The notes: generated by a model from the sequence alone, not told the origin. A DNA stretch of 64,000 bases from Lingula anatina (GCA_051362555.1 CM120644.1:14530534-14594533), one strand, 5' to 3'; counted from the stretch's first letter, positions 1 to 13,836 are shown. Program-made: numbers and translations.

Positions 1-57
1 TTCGAAACAAAATGCTGACTTTATCTATTTCAATTTTAAATGGCAAATATTACCAAC

Positions 58-3000
58 CTCTCCGTTCATAAAACAGTAAAATGCCGCTGCGCACAACCCC
101 TGGAATACATACAAAATGACTAATTATAATGATATCAATAAATAAACTAACCATTGAAGATTAATAATCCTCACTTCATATCTTTGCACCAAGTATTCAA
201 ATTACATTTAGCGATTGAAATTAGGTTAAAAATCGACGTTTTTCCCTATTTTATATTAAAAGTGCATTTCTTTCTAAGCAAATTTTTCAAATACAGCACT
301 TAAATGTACGCGCGGATTATAATAAACGATTGGTCTACCTGCAGTGACGTCAGAACAGCCACGCAGAAAAAGAAAATCATCCTCGTCACCCGGTCATTGC
401 TTGGAGGGATGACGAAGAAAATGTAGGCCACTCCAAGAAGCAAAACAAGCAGAGTTGTCGCTCGGACAGCTTTACTGTAAGACAAAAAACTCGTTTTATT
501 CCTGCAAAAAGAAATGAGTTTACGTTCACTTGCTCATATGTTAAAAGAGAAAAGAAAAAAAGTTTAAGTTAAATGGGATTCAAAGACTAAGGGATACATG
601 ATTTTATAGAAAACAAATTTTGGTGGGTTGTAAGTGAAGGCAAATCCCCTTTTCTCAAGAAAGGATTAAAGGTACTACTTTCATGTCACGTATATACATA
701 TTATTTCGATATCAGTTTTTTGACTGATCTATCCGAAAAAGCAAAATATTCAGGGAATGGATAGTATTTGTTTGTGCGAGCCTGTGCCACAAGGAATCGC
801 AAGTCCGGTGTAAAAAATAGATTTGGATCTTTAAATCTATCTCTGTTGGTATTTATTGTGCGGCAAATGCAAACAAGAAAGAGTTTTTTTCTCAACAATG
901 TAAGTTAATCACCGACTCCTTTAAAAGGCAACGGTATTAAACACATTTTCTAAAACGGATATCATGGATACTTACGTGTATTGGCCCCCATCAAAGTTTT
1001 GGGAAGAATTGATTTTGGAGACAAGCACCCAAATGATGGAAAACAGAAATACCAGGTTCACCTGAAGGGGAACAAAATAAGTCCATACTGTGATGTTGAG
1101 TGAATCTTATTAGTCATGATTCAGTAGAATAAAAATGAGAAATATATTTAATTCTGATACTGGAACTTACAATGATGGTGCAGAGTGAAGGCAATAGAAA
1201 GGGGCAGTAAAGAGGCCATGAGAGAGAGAGCGCGCGCGCGTGAGAGAGAGAGAGAGCACTTACCCCTATAACTGTCAAGTTTGGAGCATATATTATGAAG
1301 TCCAAGGCATCACTCGAGCCGTGCAGGGTAATCCAACAACTGAAAACCCCAAAATTATGAAAGTGATTATCATTCTACTGTAAGTTTATACGTACATGTA
1401 TGTATACTGAAAATCAAAGAATCAGTACCGGTACAAGTATAGTTAATCAGATTTTAATTTTTTTTACTCTAAACAGTTTAATTCGAAATCTTCATTCAAA
1501 ATCAACAGTATTAAACAATATCAGAGACGTTACTTCGCATCTACCGAGCGCCTCTTTTCACTATACGTGCTTCTATATTTGACATAAAATCCCTTCACAT
1601 TTATAAAATCTATGCATTAATACTTACTCTTTGTTTTGTTTGTTATACTTGGCAATAGCCCATATAATTACGAAGAACCAAGGACAGCCTGTAAAATAAA
1701 TAAATAAATAAATAAATAAAGCACATGCTGTCTTGTTCGATTGCACAGTGTATAAAATGTAAACATCGAAACGACAGGATTCATTGGTTAAATAAGTTTT
1801 TTTTTTATTTTATTTCAAATCTATAACTGAAAGATAACACCATATCCATTTTGTCTGAGATGGCCTCTTTACTTACACCAACCGATGAGAGCGAAGATCC
1901 AGATGTTGAGCTTTTCGGCGGAGTAGACCCAGAACACCATAATATGAAGGTAAAGCCCTTCCATTAACATCCAGAAGAAGTTAGCTATGGTACTGTAGTG
2001 GGAGAGAGCCGTGAGGATTTTACAGAACCAGTTCAGCTAAAAAAAATCAAAATGATAAAAAATATTTTTGAAAATATTTTATGCAACATGTTTCTTGTGT
2101 AATAGCTGCGCTTGACTGTGCCTTTAGTATTCGCTTTATAAGGTACATGTAGCAGAAGATCTTTTTCTTGAACTTTGTGGCAATATATCATTTAAAAGTA
2201 CACGTGCACTTAAACATGCACACACTTGTACACACGCACGCACACATACACGGAAAAACGCACATAAACAAACAAACAAGAAAAAAAAAACAAATACGCA
2301 CCCGCAAACTCAAACATTTTCATGAACAAACACACACAAAAGCTCAAGCAAACACATATAAACATGCACACACACGCACATACACGCGCACGGAAACACG
2401 CGCATACTCAAACACATAAACACAAACGAGCGGGCACGCGCACATACACAAACACTTACCCCTGACGATACGTCTTTAATATCCGGCTCTAAGAACACCG
2501 CACGAGTGACGAAATGCAGCATTACCCAGACTAATATCCTGAGAAGAAACGAACCCATCAAATGAGAGTGGATGGTGTTCCTGAGACAGTGTAGACTTCT
2601 GAAAAGATGAAATAATACGTAACTTAATTATCGTTTTTTGTGCATCAGCAAAGCATTAGGACGTGCGTATGTTACTTGTAGTTAACGACTTACATTAGAC
2701 TTCATTGGACCACCTAGTGATAATTTTTACTCTGATGTAGGTTTTGCCCAGGTTGGCCGTTGACTATCTTGTTAGCATCACTATGTTTAGTTTTGTGTAC
2801 AGATAACGATTTTTGGACTACGTTTAAATCTAAACCAAGCCAATTTTTGTCAACTTTTTTTTCCGAGTAACTTTCCCGCTTTTCAGAAATGTGTTTTGGG
2901 AACCTACTTTTTTATGTTCAGATGTTGTCAACTCCATACTTGTCTTCGAAAAATGGGCGTTTAGTAGACTGTTTGTGGAGATATGTCGTTAAAAAGAACT

Positions 3001-4995
3001 ATGGTATTTTGCTTTGGTAAACTTGTTTCGGATAAAATAAATATATTCGTAAATTAGGTAAAAATTTTGGTAAGCATTAACTGGACCATAATCATGAACT
3101 CCATTTTATAAAATAGAAAATATTAAAATAGTGATAGCAAAAAAAGTGTGTCCTAAACTAACCATGCTAGTTATACACGCATTTTAAATCAGCTGCATTC
3201 AAAATTCCCAGGGAATTGCATTTCAACAACAAGCACGTGTATTTATGATAGCCATGTTTCATAAGAAAAAAAAAATTCAAAGAAAAGAAAAAAAGAAAGA
3301 AAAAAGAAAGAAAGAAGACCCTTACCTGAAATATGAGAATATAAGCAAGGCCGAAATGAGTGCTAAACTGGATATGCTAAACCCCACGAAATAAATCATC
3401 CTTGCTGCCAGGTTGACCATTTCAAATTCCTAAAAGTAGAATTTAATATTCCGATTAAAAAATCAGTTATATGAATAGGAACATCACAATTAAGTTACTA
3501 CAAAAGACCGGTCAGCTTTGCTGGTGGTCCACAAACACAATCATTATCCTTATCTTACACGCATGAATAATTAGATCCACCCTAAAATATTATAACTCAC
3601 ATAATCCGAGCGCGGACGAAAGCATGATGGTCCGCACACACATCAGCCCGGTTAGCTCAGTCGGTAGAGCATGGGACTCTTAATCCCAGGGTCGTGGGTT
3701 CGAGCCCCACATTGGGCGATTAATAACTTTTCTTATTGATAAATTAATCATTTAAAAAGTAATTTACATATATATTCATTTTGGAGAAACATACTTTTGT
3801 AAATTTGTCTTTTTTTCCAATAATACAACAAATCAAGATTATCTTTACATCTTAAAGATTAAATTTACCTCTAAATTCTCTATTCCAACGTGTGATAACA
3901 GAGTGCAGTTGTCGTAGTTAGACTTTTCATTCCACATTCCATTGGGATGACAGTATCTTGTCGCATTTTCTAAAATTATACATAAAAAACATCACATTGC
4001 ACATTATAATATATCCTCCTAAACTACACGTCCCTGTTTTATCATAGCCTAAGCCACCCTTTTACACTAGTGTAAATAAAATCCCCTTCTAAAATAGGCA
4101 CACTTGTTTTAATAGAGCCCCACACTTAAAAGAGTAAAATAACATCCCCTCTTCCTTCTCTGTAATAGCCCTAGACATAACCTGTTGCTAGTTATTTGCA
4201 GCAATGCAGTAGCCTCGTTTGCGTGTTATGGAATAAGTAAAAAATTAAAGGCCCCTCCTAGAACTAAGGCTCTGCTTTGCCTAGATACTTTAAATAATTT
4301 TCCACAAAGGAAATATGCCTTTCCATGCCTTAAATAAGACGTTGTTGTTATTTTTCACAAGGTAAATCTTCAGTTCTGTTCTCGTCGTCGTGTGTTTCTA
4401 GTATCTCTTCACTTGGATTTGAAAATAAATTTTCTATCAATCTGGTTTTGCGTTGTTAATAAAGGATTGTTCGAGGAAATATAATCGACATAATTATATT
4501 CGAATTTGTTGAGTGATTAGGAGCGTTCAGATAAACCCATCGTGCTAGCTAAATTCATCCACCTCACTAAGTGCAATCATTGTAACCGGATTAAATGTGA
4601 CACTTCTCCTCGAGTTCCAAGGGATAATTAATTAATTAACTAGCTACTCAGGTAAGCGTGTCAGACAATTAAGCTGATTACACTGAATGCACTTTAGCAA
4701 GAATCCCCCACAGATATGGATCGATCCAGCTGGTACGATGTTTGAATCTGAACGTGGCCATTGTCGTAAACTCACGTGTAACGTCCAGCGAAACTCCTTC
4801 CACTTCGGGCGGACAGAAGGCGGTGGCCCAATGGCCGGCCAGGGTTGTGGGCCAGCAGGTGGCGCCATTCCAACTCCTGTTACAGTATACCTGACCATGA
4901 TCTGGAAAATGGGGGAAGAATGAGAGAGAGTGTGTGTGTGTGCGTGTGTATGTGTTTGGGTAGGTACATGTGCATGTAGGTGAGAGAAAAGAAAG

Positions 4996-5063
<68 letters not shown>

Positions 5064-7208
5064 AATGAACTAAAATAAGAAATAGGCATGTGAGCAATCG
5101 AGCATGAAATTTAGCGAACGACCGACAGAAATTCACAAAACAATGAAATTGGACTAGGTAGCTTTTTTGTGTATATTCACTGCTTGTACATGTATAGGTC
5201 TTTTTATATGCATATGTAGCTCTTTCACTTCTTTGAAAAATAGCACTACTTATAAAGATCTGAAGCGAATCGTCCAACAATGTATCTTCAAACTCTGCTC
5301 GTAACTCTATGTGTAGGCCTGTCCCCCATCCCCAAACCTCTACTGTGCTATGAGCTTGCACCAACCGCTTACAACTCATGCATGTTGCCAAACATTGCCA
5401 AAACGCTAGAACGCGGATTTGCGCTTTTCTATAAAAGGTACACTTATCCAGAGCGCCTATCATCTGTTATCAGGGGTATCTAAAATAGTATACAAAATTA
5501 AAGTACAATGATTTTATTACAGGCGACTAGCGCACCCCCTGGGCAGAGAGTACAGAACTTACAGGACAGCCAACAAAGACGGCAAGAAAACCAAGTCACT
5601 AGTGTGCCTACATCAGGGTGTAAACTTTTTCCACAAAAATGTCGCTCAGCCTCGAATGAAAACGACCAGATTAATTGTGTATGAGATGATAACGCACTAT
5701 ATTTTATAATAAGCATATATTATGATCTTTTATTTTGTAAATTTTAGGTATGATGAAACAATATTTCTTGCTAATTGGAGAGAAGGAGACAATTGCTGCC
5801 CATATTTTTTTACCAGAAGACAAATCCATAGGATAACGCAGTGTTGCATGTTATCTAGGAGGACGTTAACATTTATATATTAAATTATACAGAAAAAAAA
5901 ATAAAGTTTTTCGGTCAAAATGTAACTTTAAAGGCTTCAGAAAAGGGATATTAACCTCGGTGTGTCTCAATTAAATCCTGTAATTGTATGATATATTGTT
6001 GCACTATACAAGTTACGTGAAACAGCGCGATCACGTCCACTTTTCGTGCAAAATCACATTTTTTCCTATAACTGGTCGTGAATTCCAAGTAAATCTTTGT
6101 GCTACCAGGAGAAAAATGCCTGCATCTGACCTTTAAATTGAACATGGCGGTAAACCGATCACCATGTTTACGCAACTAAATTAAAACAATTTTGCGACAC
6201 CATATGATACTTGTAAACCTAAGCAAATTGCGTCACGCCATATTCAATCTACGGTGCAAGAGTAGGATTTCAGAGAACGTGGAAATATCATACTGCCTTT
6301 TGAGTGCTAAACCACCAAAAGCACCAAAATAAGGGAAGTGTAATCAAGCGAGCTAATGCCCATTTAAAACAGCTTCTGGGGAATATACGATTTAGAATCG
6401 CAAAACATTTTTAAAAAAGAAGCAAAGTTACGCTAAAAAGGGGACCACTGTAAAGTCTACACCATTATAAACCATCGCTGAACTTGGAATAAATTTGCCT
6501 TTAGCTGTAGCATAGTACTTGGACTTTCTATTTTTAAATCGTTTAGCAAAGCACATAAGCATACAACTGTACCAATATTTAATTTTACCCTTTTAATTGG
6601 AAGAGGAAAGGGACCCTTAGCACGCTTATTTCGCGTATTTTTACTTTTTTTACTGTGGCTGCTTTATGCTAAACTGTTTTTTTTCGCCTGGGTTGCTTTA
6701 TATCCAAAGTCTTTGGAGATTGTAGACTTAATGAAATCTGCTTTTTACTAAGTACAGCGGGATCATTTATCATATTGGAATTGTCGATTCGGTTTAGTTT
6801 ATTCATTTGCGTTTGCGCACGCAGTCTTGAAAATATATGAATGAAATATGGCTTGAAAACATAAAGCGGGGAAAACAACTTACCAGTCGGTGGATAAGGC
6901 TCAACTTCAAAATTAATTCGACACATCTCCGCCTTACTCAGTTGGTCTAATAAATTGTGCCACAAGTCTTCGTTAAACGTCGACTGCTCGAGAGCGTCCT
7001 CCTCCAGGCCTTTAGGTTCACCTTCCACCGATAGAGTGAGCCACGCGTCCTCCATGCCTGACTCGGTGCCATTAGTTTCCGAGGCCAACTTCAACATTTC
7101 TACAAGAGTCAGTACTTTCGTTGAATATCCTTGATTAAATAAAGTGTGCTGAACAGTGCAGAGGTATTTTACCAAGGCAAAATCGTGAACATGATCATTA
7201 GTGATCAT
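58..7208 (-). CDS. Class B1 (secretin-family) GPCR, CRF/DH44/egg-laying-hormone receptor-like; last exon(s) lie beyond the window start
   Basis: Phase-consistent GT-AG exons: 6884-7208, 4776-4901, 3869-3969, 3326-3429, 2460-2598, 1877-2036, 1628-1688, 1264-1339, 976-1061, 339-474 (or 339-501), 58-99. The ECD has six Cys (AEMC; YCNRSWNGATCWP; AFCP; RYCHPNGMW; NYDNC). TM motifs include FSYFRSLHCLRNTIHSHL, CKILTALSHYSTIANFFWMLMEGLYLH, KAVRATTLLVLLLG and SLQ|GLCAAAFYCFMNGE (42-nt TM7 exon). The start codon is less certain than the rest. Confidence 0.93.
670..920. mobile_element. Possible Kolobok-like non-autonomous element in a GPCR intron
   Basis: Begins TTAA|AGGTAC and ends ACTCCT|TTAA; the TIR is short and imperfect. 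Confidence 0.3.
3646..3718 (+). tRNA. tRNA-Lys (anticodon CTT)
   Basis: 73 nt: GCCCGGTTAGCTCAGTCGGTAGAGCATGGGACTCTTAATCCCAGGGTCGTGGGTTCGAGCCCCACATTGGGCG. Cloverleaf and A/B boxes are intact, and a TTTT Pol III terminator follows at about 3728. Confidence 0.97.
4519..4759. mobile_element. Diverged fold-back MITE (Harbinger/Tourist-like family)
   Basis: Inverted ends CGTTCAGATAAACCCATCGT...ACGATGTTTGAATCTGAACG. It shares GGATCGATCC, GCGTGTCAGACA and a central GGGATAATTAA with the copies at 8556 and 13872. Confidence 0.7.
4925..5059. repeat. (GT)n/(GA)n microsatellite
   Basis: Read directly. Confidence 0.95.
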
Positions 7209-8555
7209 TCAATAGTTTCCAAGATTAGAAAAACGTCCGCAGAATATTTCCAAAAATCTCTTGCAATTATTGTCACTGAAATGTAGCGCACAATGTTCCC
7301 TTTAAGTCTACTGTCTCTCGCTCTTACATTTAAGAGCGAGCGTCTTCTGTATTTGCAAACTTTGCATAAGTGATCGGTTTGGGAACAAAATGACAGTTTC
7401 GGCAAGGCTTCCTCCAATTTCGTTTTATCCACTGTTCCTACACCGGTTGCGTTATTCTTTTGAACGACACTGACTGTCAGCCTTCCTTATTATAATACTG
7501 GAACTTTCTAACGACCAATTGCGTTTTTCCACAAAGAAATATTTTTGTGCAACTTCCTTCTTCAGTGGAATCCAATAATGTGATAGCTGCAACTTTTTCA
7601 TTGGACTGCTCTGCATAAATGTCACCCCTGTTTCAATTCGGGTAAGTCAAGGGTCTTTTGTTTCTCTAATATTACATTTTGTATGAAAATACGTTGGTTT
7701 TCAGTAAGCATTCAAGTGATGCATTGTCCACAGATTCGGTGGTAGTTTCCTAGGCAACGTAAATTTGTGGTTATTTTTCTGTTGAGCCGTAAGTGGTCAC
7801 GTGACTCCAGACCAAAGAAGTTGATCTTGATATGTTTCTTATATTTCCTTTGTTTTCGAATATACAAGGCACAGTTCACCATCACCTGCAAAAATAAAAA
7901 TAAAAAGTTTATATCCACAAGGTATATCTTTAGGACTTTTTTGCAACAAGAAGTTTTACCATGAAAATTAGTTCTGAAGACTTTAAAGCAAACGTCCTGC
8001 AAACTTTTAACCTTCTAGCGAATTTGCAGCAACTGTTCTTGGGACAATCTGCAAATTGTTTATAAATTAGTTTGCAACAAATTTGCGGCAAACTTCAAGT
8101 TTTTTTTTTTTTGTTTTGTTTTGTTTTTAAGGCACTTGGGGTGGAAAAATGCTGGGTAAATTTCATCATGCAAGGGACATGTGAGAGAAAGAGATATCCG
8201 ATAAGTCAAGAAAGTGTCACGTGACCGCTGTGATCTCCCCCCAATCCATCAATGTTTGATAAAAAATATTGATTGTGAATTCGAACAGAAGAAAAATAAC
8301 ATAAATAAACAACATAATAAACATTATATACCCTCCGTTTATGAAAGAGCATAAATAGAAATCTTGTATACATGTCACTTACAAACTTCAACATTTTTCA
8401 TTAAGTAGACTAAACATTAACAGTAGATTAAACGTTGTGAAAGTATTATTTGGTTTAATTTGAATAAACAGAATACACTAAAGCATACACTTGTGTATAA
8501 TAACTGTTATAGAACTTTCAACAAGAGGTGAAGGTGTGTCTCAGTTGTATCATAA

Positions 8556-8811
8556 GGACCATTTCCAGACCCTATCGTACTAACTGTGGATCGATCTATC
8601 TCTTAGGGGTTTCTCGCTAAATTTCAAACGACTCAAGCGGCTTAGATGTCTGTCACGCCTACTTAAGCTGCTTGGGGGTAATTAACTATCGTTTAGCAGC
8701 TTTAGTAGGCGTGTCAGACATCTAAGCCGCTTAAGCTGAAGGTAATTTAGTGAGAAACCCCTCGGAGATGGATCGATCCTGTTAGATCGATCTAGGTATG
8801 GGAACCCAGTC
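8556..8811. mobile_element. Fold-back MITE, PIF/Harbinger (Tourist)-like
   Basis: Near-palindromic over its whole length (GATCGATC...AAGCGGCTTAGATGTCTG...CAGACATCTAAGCCGCTT...GATCGATC). It is a reverse-orientation copy of 13872-14127. Confidence 0.85.
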
Positions 8812-8864
8812 ATAGTCTTGCGGTTCACAGGCGTAAAAGCTAAGATAGAGGCCAGGGAGAAATA

Positions 8865-9023
8865 GCCCGTGTTCACAACCAGTTGAATGATTAAATATGG
8901 CTCGACCCACTTGAGAGCATGTCGAGATTTGATTGCTCTGCCCCTGCTGGGACGGTGCGCGTGGGGGGGGGGGAGCTTGAATCCAATGTCAAGTGTTCAC
9001 CATATTTGGTTGTGAACGCGCCC
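8865..9023. mobile_element. Second Harbinger-like MITE family (CCCACTTGA...AATCCAATGTCAAG core)
   Basis: TIR GTGTTCACAACCA...TGGTTGTGAACGC. The internal sequence resembles 20282-20420 and 37526-37734. Confidence 0.7.
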
Positions 9024-9403
9024 TTAGCCACCCCCCCCCACACACACACACACAAACATACGCACACCTTTTTCAACCTTTCAATGTTATTTTATTCACC
9101 AGTGCTACAGTTAAATCAAACTGAGTCAAACATGCATGCTTTTACGTGGCTTCTTATATGCCCGGGTCGAGATAATGCACTAATGGCCATCTTTTAGCAC
9201 GTATTTTTACCGCTAGCTTTACACTGTTGTTGATATTTGCTTAATTTACATATTTTATGAATACATGTACCACCCCACCACAACTCCAGACTTAAATCTT
9301 CCTTCCTAGGCGACTTGGGTTAGAGATATTTTTATTATGTACGGGGCCATCTGTAGAATTGTAGTACACAAAGGGAATCATAACACCCCCCCCCCCCATC
9401 TAA

Positions 9404-9610
9404 GACCCCATTCCCACAGATTTTAGATCGATCTATCCCAGTGGGGAGTCTCAGCAGATTACTGTCATCTTAGCCGGCTTAAATGTCTGCCCCGCCTACT
9501 AAAAGCTGTAAGGGTGTAATTAACTACCGTGCGCGCTCGGCTGACAGCAATTTAGCGTGAACCCCCATGTCGATCTAGTTGGATCGATCTAAATCTCTGG
9601 GAATGCACTC
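9404..9610. mobile_element. Fold-back MITE, PIF/Harbinger-like
   Basis: TAA on both sides; TIR CATTCCCACAGATTTTAGATCGATCTA / GATCGATCTAAATCTCTGGGAATG; closely similar to 12988-13213 and 39647-39871. Confidence 0.88.
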
Positions 9611-9842
9611 TAAGATGATGGCCTTGTTGCTCGTTTGCCTTTCCGTCGAAGTTAAATTGGAACAGATTCTAAGAACGAAATAAAATCTGATGATAATGCT
9701 GAAAAGTATGTGTGTTCACGTCTACCCATTACCGAAACTCATTTACTGAGTTTAGAAATTAATGAACAAGGATTGCCTCCTCAAAACCTTAATGTGATTT
9801 ATAAATAAATGTACGGTATGTCGATACGCAAACATTTATGTG

Positions 9843-9847
<5 letters not shown>

Positions 9848-9893
<46 letters not shown>

Positions 9894-9912
9894 TTTCACC
9901 CTTGTCTTCCCT

Positions 9913-9952
<40 letters not shown>
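9848..9952. repeat. Interrupted (CT)n microsatellite
   Basis: Read directly. Confidence 0.95.
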
Positions 9953-9955
<3 letters not shown>

Positions 9956-10138
9956 ACTATTTACCAGAAGCTATCAATATTTCTTCCGTTTCCGAGTGTC
10001 ACTTAAAGTCAAATGTTAATAGGCGTTAAGAGTAACATCTTAAATGTTAATAACACTATTCTGAGACATAAACAAGTCTAGGTGCGTTATTAAAAGGAAC
10101 AGAAATCGTAGATCATGTTCACGTTGCCTGTACGGTAT

Positions 10139-10169
<31 letters not shown>

Positions 10170-11429
10170 CTACACTGGCAAAATAAATTTCAAAATGTTC
10201 AATTTTTTTCTGAAAATTAATTATCATTGGGGAAGATGTGTAGAGCCAGGTAGTAAGATGAGGTGAGTGATTTTGTACAGCCAACTGGTCGGTACACTCA
10301 AAGGCAAACTAAGAGGAAGTAAGCATAATCTTCCATGTTTTCTGTTTTCTACACATGTCTACAAACTTTATGTGTGTGTTCTACAAGTCAAGGATGGGCA
10401 TCCGTACTTCTGATACTTCACCCCGACCTGTGAATGTTCCCAAATGGAAAAATAATATCTTAGCGGCTGCCCTCACCCGAGCGTATAGAAGCGTACAGAA
10501 TATGAAAAACAGAACCCCCGCGATTCAGCCTTACACAGACCTGACATGGCGGACCAAAGGTGGCGGGTGGCTTGCCCCCCCCCTCCCCCACTCCTTAGCT
10601 TTAAAAAACATTGTCCACCGTCCGGCATTATAATAAAGCTACCGTTTTTTACTATTCCATTTTTGCATAGAAAGAAACGTTTATATCATGCTCCGCAGAA
10701 TCTTAATCATTTTGCAAACTAATTTTAAAACAAAAATGCGACGCGCGCCGAAAGAAATAGAATAAGTCAGCATAATTATAGCTATCATATAAGCACCTAG
10801 AAAGCGGTACAACTTCGTCGTTAGGTTGACGAGTAAATTTTTCTTTTGTGAAAGAAAACATAACGGTAAGGTATTAAAAGGAATTCACTTTCACCTCAAC
10901 AGGATTGCCTGGAAATGATGCTGCGAACATTTATAGCTTTATATTTATCTGAAGCAACCTAATGTGGCTTCTTACAATCAATATACACCTGGTATAAAAC
11001 ACATTTAGTAGTATTTAGAAAAGAAAATCTACAATCAACCAACATCAATTAAATCTTACCTTCCCTCCTCGCCTATGATTCAAGATTAACGCATTTCTGG
11101 TGTAGCAGATTATCGTGAAACTCAATCCCGAGTGGAAGAGTTCTCGTAACCGGTAAACATAAGCAACGTACGACCCGAAACGAAAAATGCCGCTGATATT
11201 TGAGGATTGGCGAAGAATACGTGTTCTGGCGCGAAAGAAAGTTTAGTAGTGTCTGTTAAGTCAACAGCGCATGAGAACAAAGAGATCGGATGCTGATTAC
11301 AAACAGCTATGACATGGTTAAGAGAATAAGAACATGGCGGTCACAAATGAACTCGTGGGGTGACTCAGGGAAAATTATGCTCATTATAGATAAGAGAGTT
11401 GTAAACAACTATTTTTTTCATGCTAATTC

Positions 11430-11468
<39 letters not shown>

Positions 11469-12987
11469 TGAGAGGAATTTGTTTTTATCAATTTCTTCAA
11501 TTCTTTTTTTTATCTTTTATTAATTAAATATTTATCAATTTATTGGATTATTCATGTATGTATTTATTAGTGCACCTATCTTTTACATCTGTTTATTTAT
11601 TTACATAGAGATCTTCTATCTGTTTAATTATCTATTCATTCAGAAACACATTATTGTATTCAATAGATGGAGAGGAAATCATTGTATTATTCCATATTAT
11701 TCGATATTAGGGCAAACAAAACGTTTCATTCGCCCAAGTTTGATAACAGGCAAATGATAATATTCTTAAAAGACCTAAAAGTAACCAATGACTAAGTTAC
11801 TATTTGGCTGATGTATAATATATAATCTTCAAGCCATACAATAAGCAATATACTTTCACATACCAAATAATTATACCAAAAAATAAGTTTTCTTAGAAAA
11901 GCAGCAAGTTTCTTTTATCACTATGGCAAATCCCAACTCAATTTTTCTTTTTTGAATTGAAGACAATAATACACCAATCACCATCCCCAGTGCAAAGAGT
12001 GGCTGAAAAATTATATACTTAAAATTGACAACGGGCTTAAAGATTTTCTCAATGGTAAACCGTAGTGATTACGGGGAAAATATATTGACATTTCAAAGAA
12101 AGTTACATTTTTGCAATTTAGAGGTCGAAGTCTCATTGTGCGCCTTTGGCTAAACCAATTTGCTAACGCGCCTAAGTTATCAGAGCAAATTGATAGACAA
12201 AAGGTAATTTATATCGATGCCTCTAAGAACTTCCATACAAGACAAAAAAAGGACAAAAAACCTCTAATGCCATATTTGCAAAAACAAAAAATACGAAAAA
12301 CACCGCAATCTTGTCAAGCACTCAGAGATCGCAGGCCTCCGGCAAGGAAATTGAATTCTCATTATTATAAAACAATTATTAATCAAATCAAACAAATAAG
12401 AGTCGAATTATGTGTGAGATAATACACAGTCGCTTTAGTGATACACCGCGAATAGAAAATAGATTTTTAGAAAATAGATTTTTCATGTGAACGGAGTCTA
12501 AGTGCCAGCATTTCACCGAAAAAATGAATAAAAAGAGTGTACTTAAATTGCAACTGGCACATTATTAGTGGTATCAATATATATGTATAGTTGAATAAAT
12601 AGTGGCTGATTGTAAATTATAGACCGTTTGCATCTCTCGGGGGCATTTGTTGCATTTGGCGTTTTATTCCTTTTAAAATAACAACCTGCACCTCTCCTCG
12701 TTTTCTCCCCTAAAAAACATCCTGAACATCATTTCTCAGAAGCTACTGTACCTAAACACAAAGGCGAACACGTGGTCCATCGATCAGAAAGATAAAAATG
12801 GCGCTGACCCTTGGATTAAGGATACATGAAAGGAAGATTTGGTCTCTCGTATTATACCCAGCTGTGGAATAAAGAATGAAAAAAACATATGTTTGTTCAA
12901 ACTGCATCAGTACACATATACTAAAGGTTGAATAAAGTCAATTAACAATGCGAGGTCACTCTGATGACAGGTAGTGCAATATTTAAA

Positions 12988-13213
12988 CACCCCATTTCCA
13001 TAGATTTTTAGATCGATCTATCCCTGTGGGGAGTCTCACTAGATTACTGTCAGATTGGCCGGCTTAAGCGTCTGTCCCGCCTACTAAAAGCTGTAAGGGG
13101 GTAATTAACTATGGTGCCCGCTTGGCTGACTGCAATTTAACGTGAACCCCCAGGGAGTTAGGTCGATCTAAATCTTAATCTTTAGATCGATCTAAATCTC
13201 TGGGAAAGCACCC
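12988..13213. mobile_element. Fold-back MITE, PIF/Harbinger-like
   Basis: Nearly identical to 39647-39871 (CCCCATTTCCATAGATTTT...GGGGGTAATTAACTATGGTGC...GATCTAAATCTCTGGGAA). Confidence 0.88.
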
Positions 13214-13800
13214 TAGGAATCAACTTAAGAATCACAACACAGCTGAAGTAAAATACTGATTGCTTTAAATGCCAAGCAAAAGTGTTTATTATAAATGCGA
13301 TCAGGTTTATTGGTAGAGAAAAGGGTCAGATAAACTTTTATAAAAATAAGAATATTATTTACAAAAAAGGGGCAACTTATCAGTACTTATTTGCCTTTGA
13401 TTACGAACGACTTGCCGAACAGTATACAAATTTACACAAAAGAACAAAATCAAGAACGAAACATGACATTCCCTAGATACGTGTGAAGCCTAAATCAAGA
13501 GAAATGATTCAGTCATAAATATTGATGCCGCATGATTAATTCAAAGGTTCAATGACACATTTATCTGCCAAATGGCTTTTTACCAAGTTGGCAGCTCATG
13601 TAAGAACATTTTTTGATAGAGCCCAAAATAAGGTTTAATAAGTCAGCTGATTGCGATTCAAATATTTTGCTATGTAGATCAGTAAACAAAGATAGGACAA
13701 ATAGATACGCACTCACAACAAGTGCACATGTGATGGGATTAGGAAAAAATATCAATTGCACATGCCTGTCAATGTGTATGTGTGTGTGTGTCTGTGTGTC

Positions 13801-13836
<36 letters not shown>

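Noticed and set aside
3596-3650. Donor-like GTGAG next to the tRNA as an extra GPCR exon
   Set aside because: The flanking exons (3869-3969 and 3326-3429) already join in frame, and no good acceptor is present.
4678-5463. 261-aa ORF
   Set aside because: It is read-through of GA/GT microsatellites into the real GPCR exon 4776-4901; only that exon is coding.
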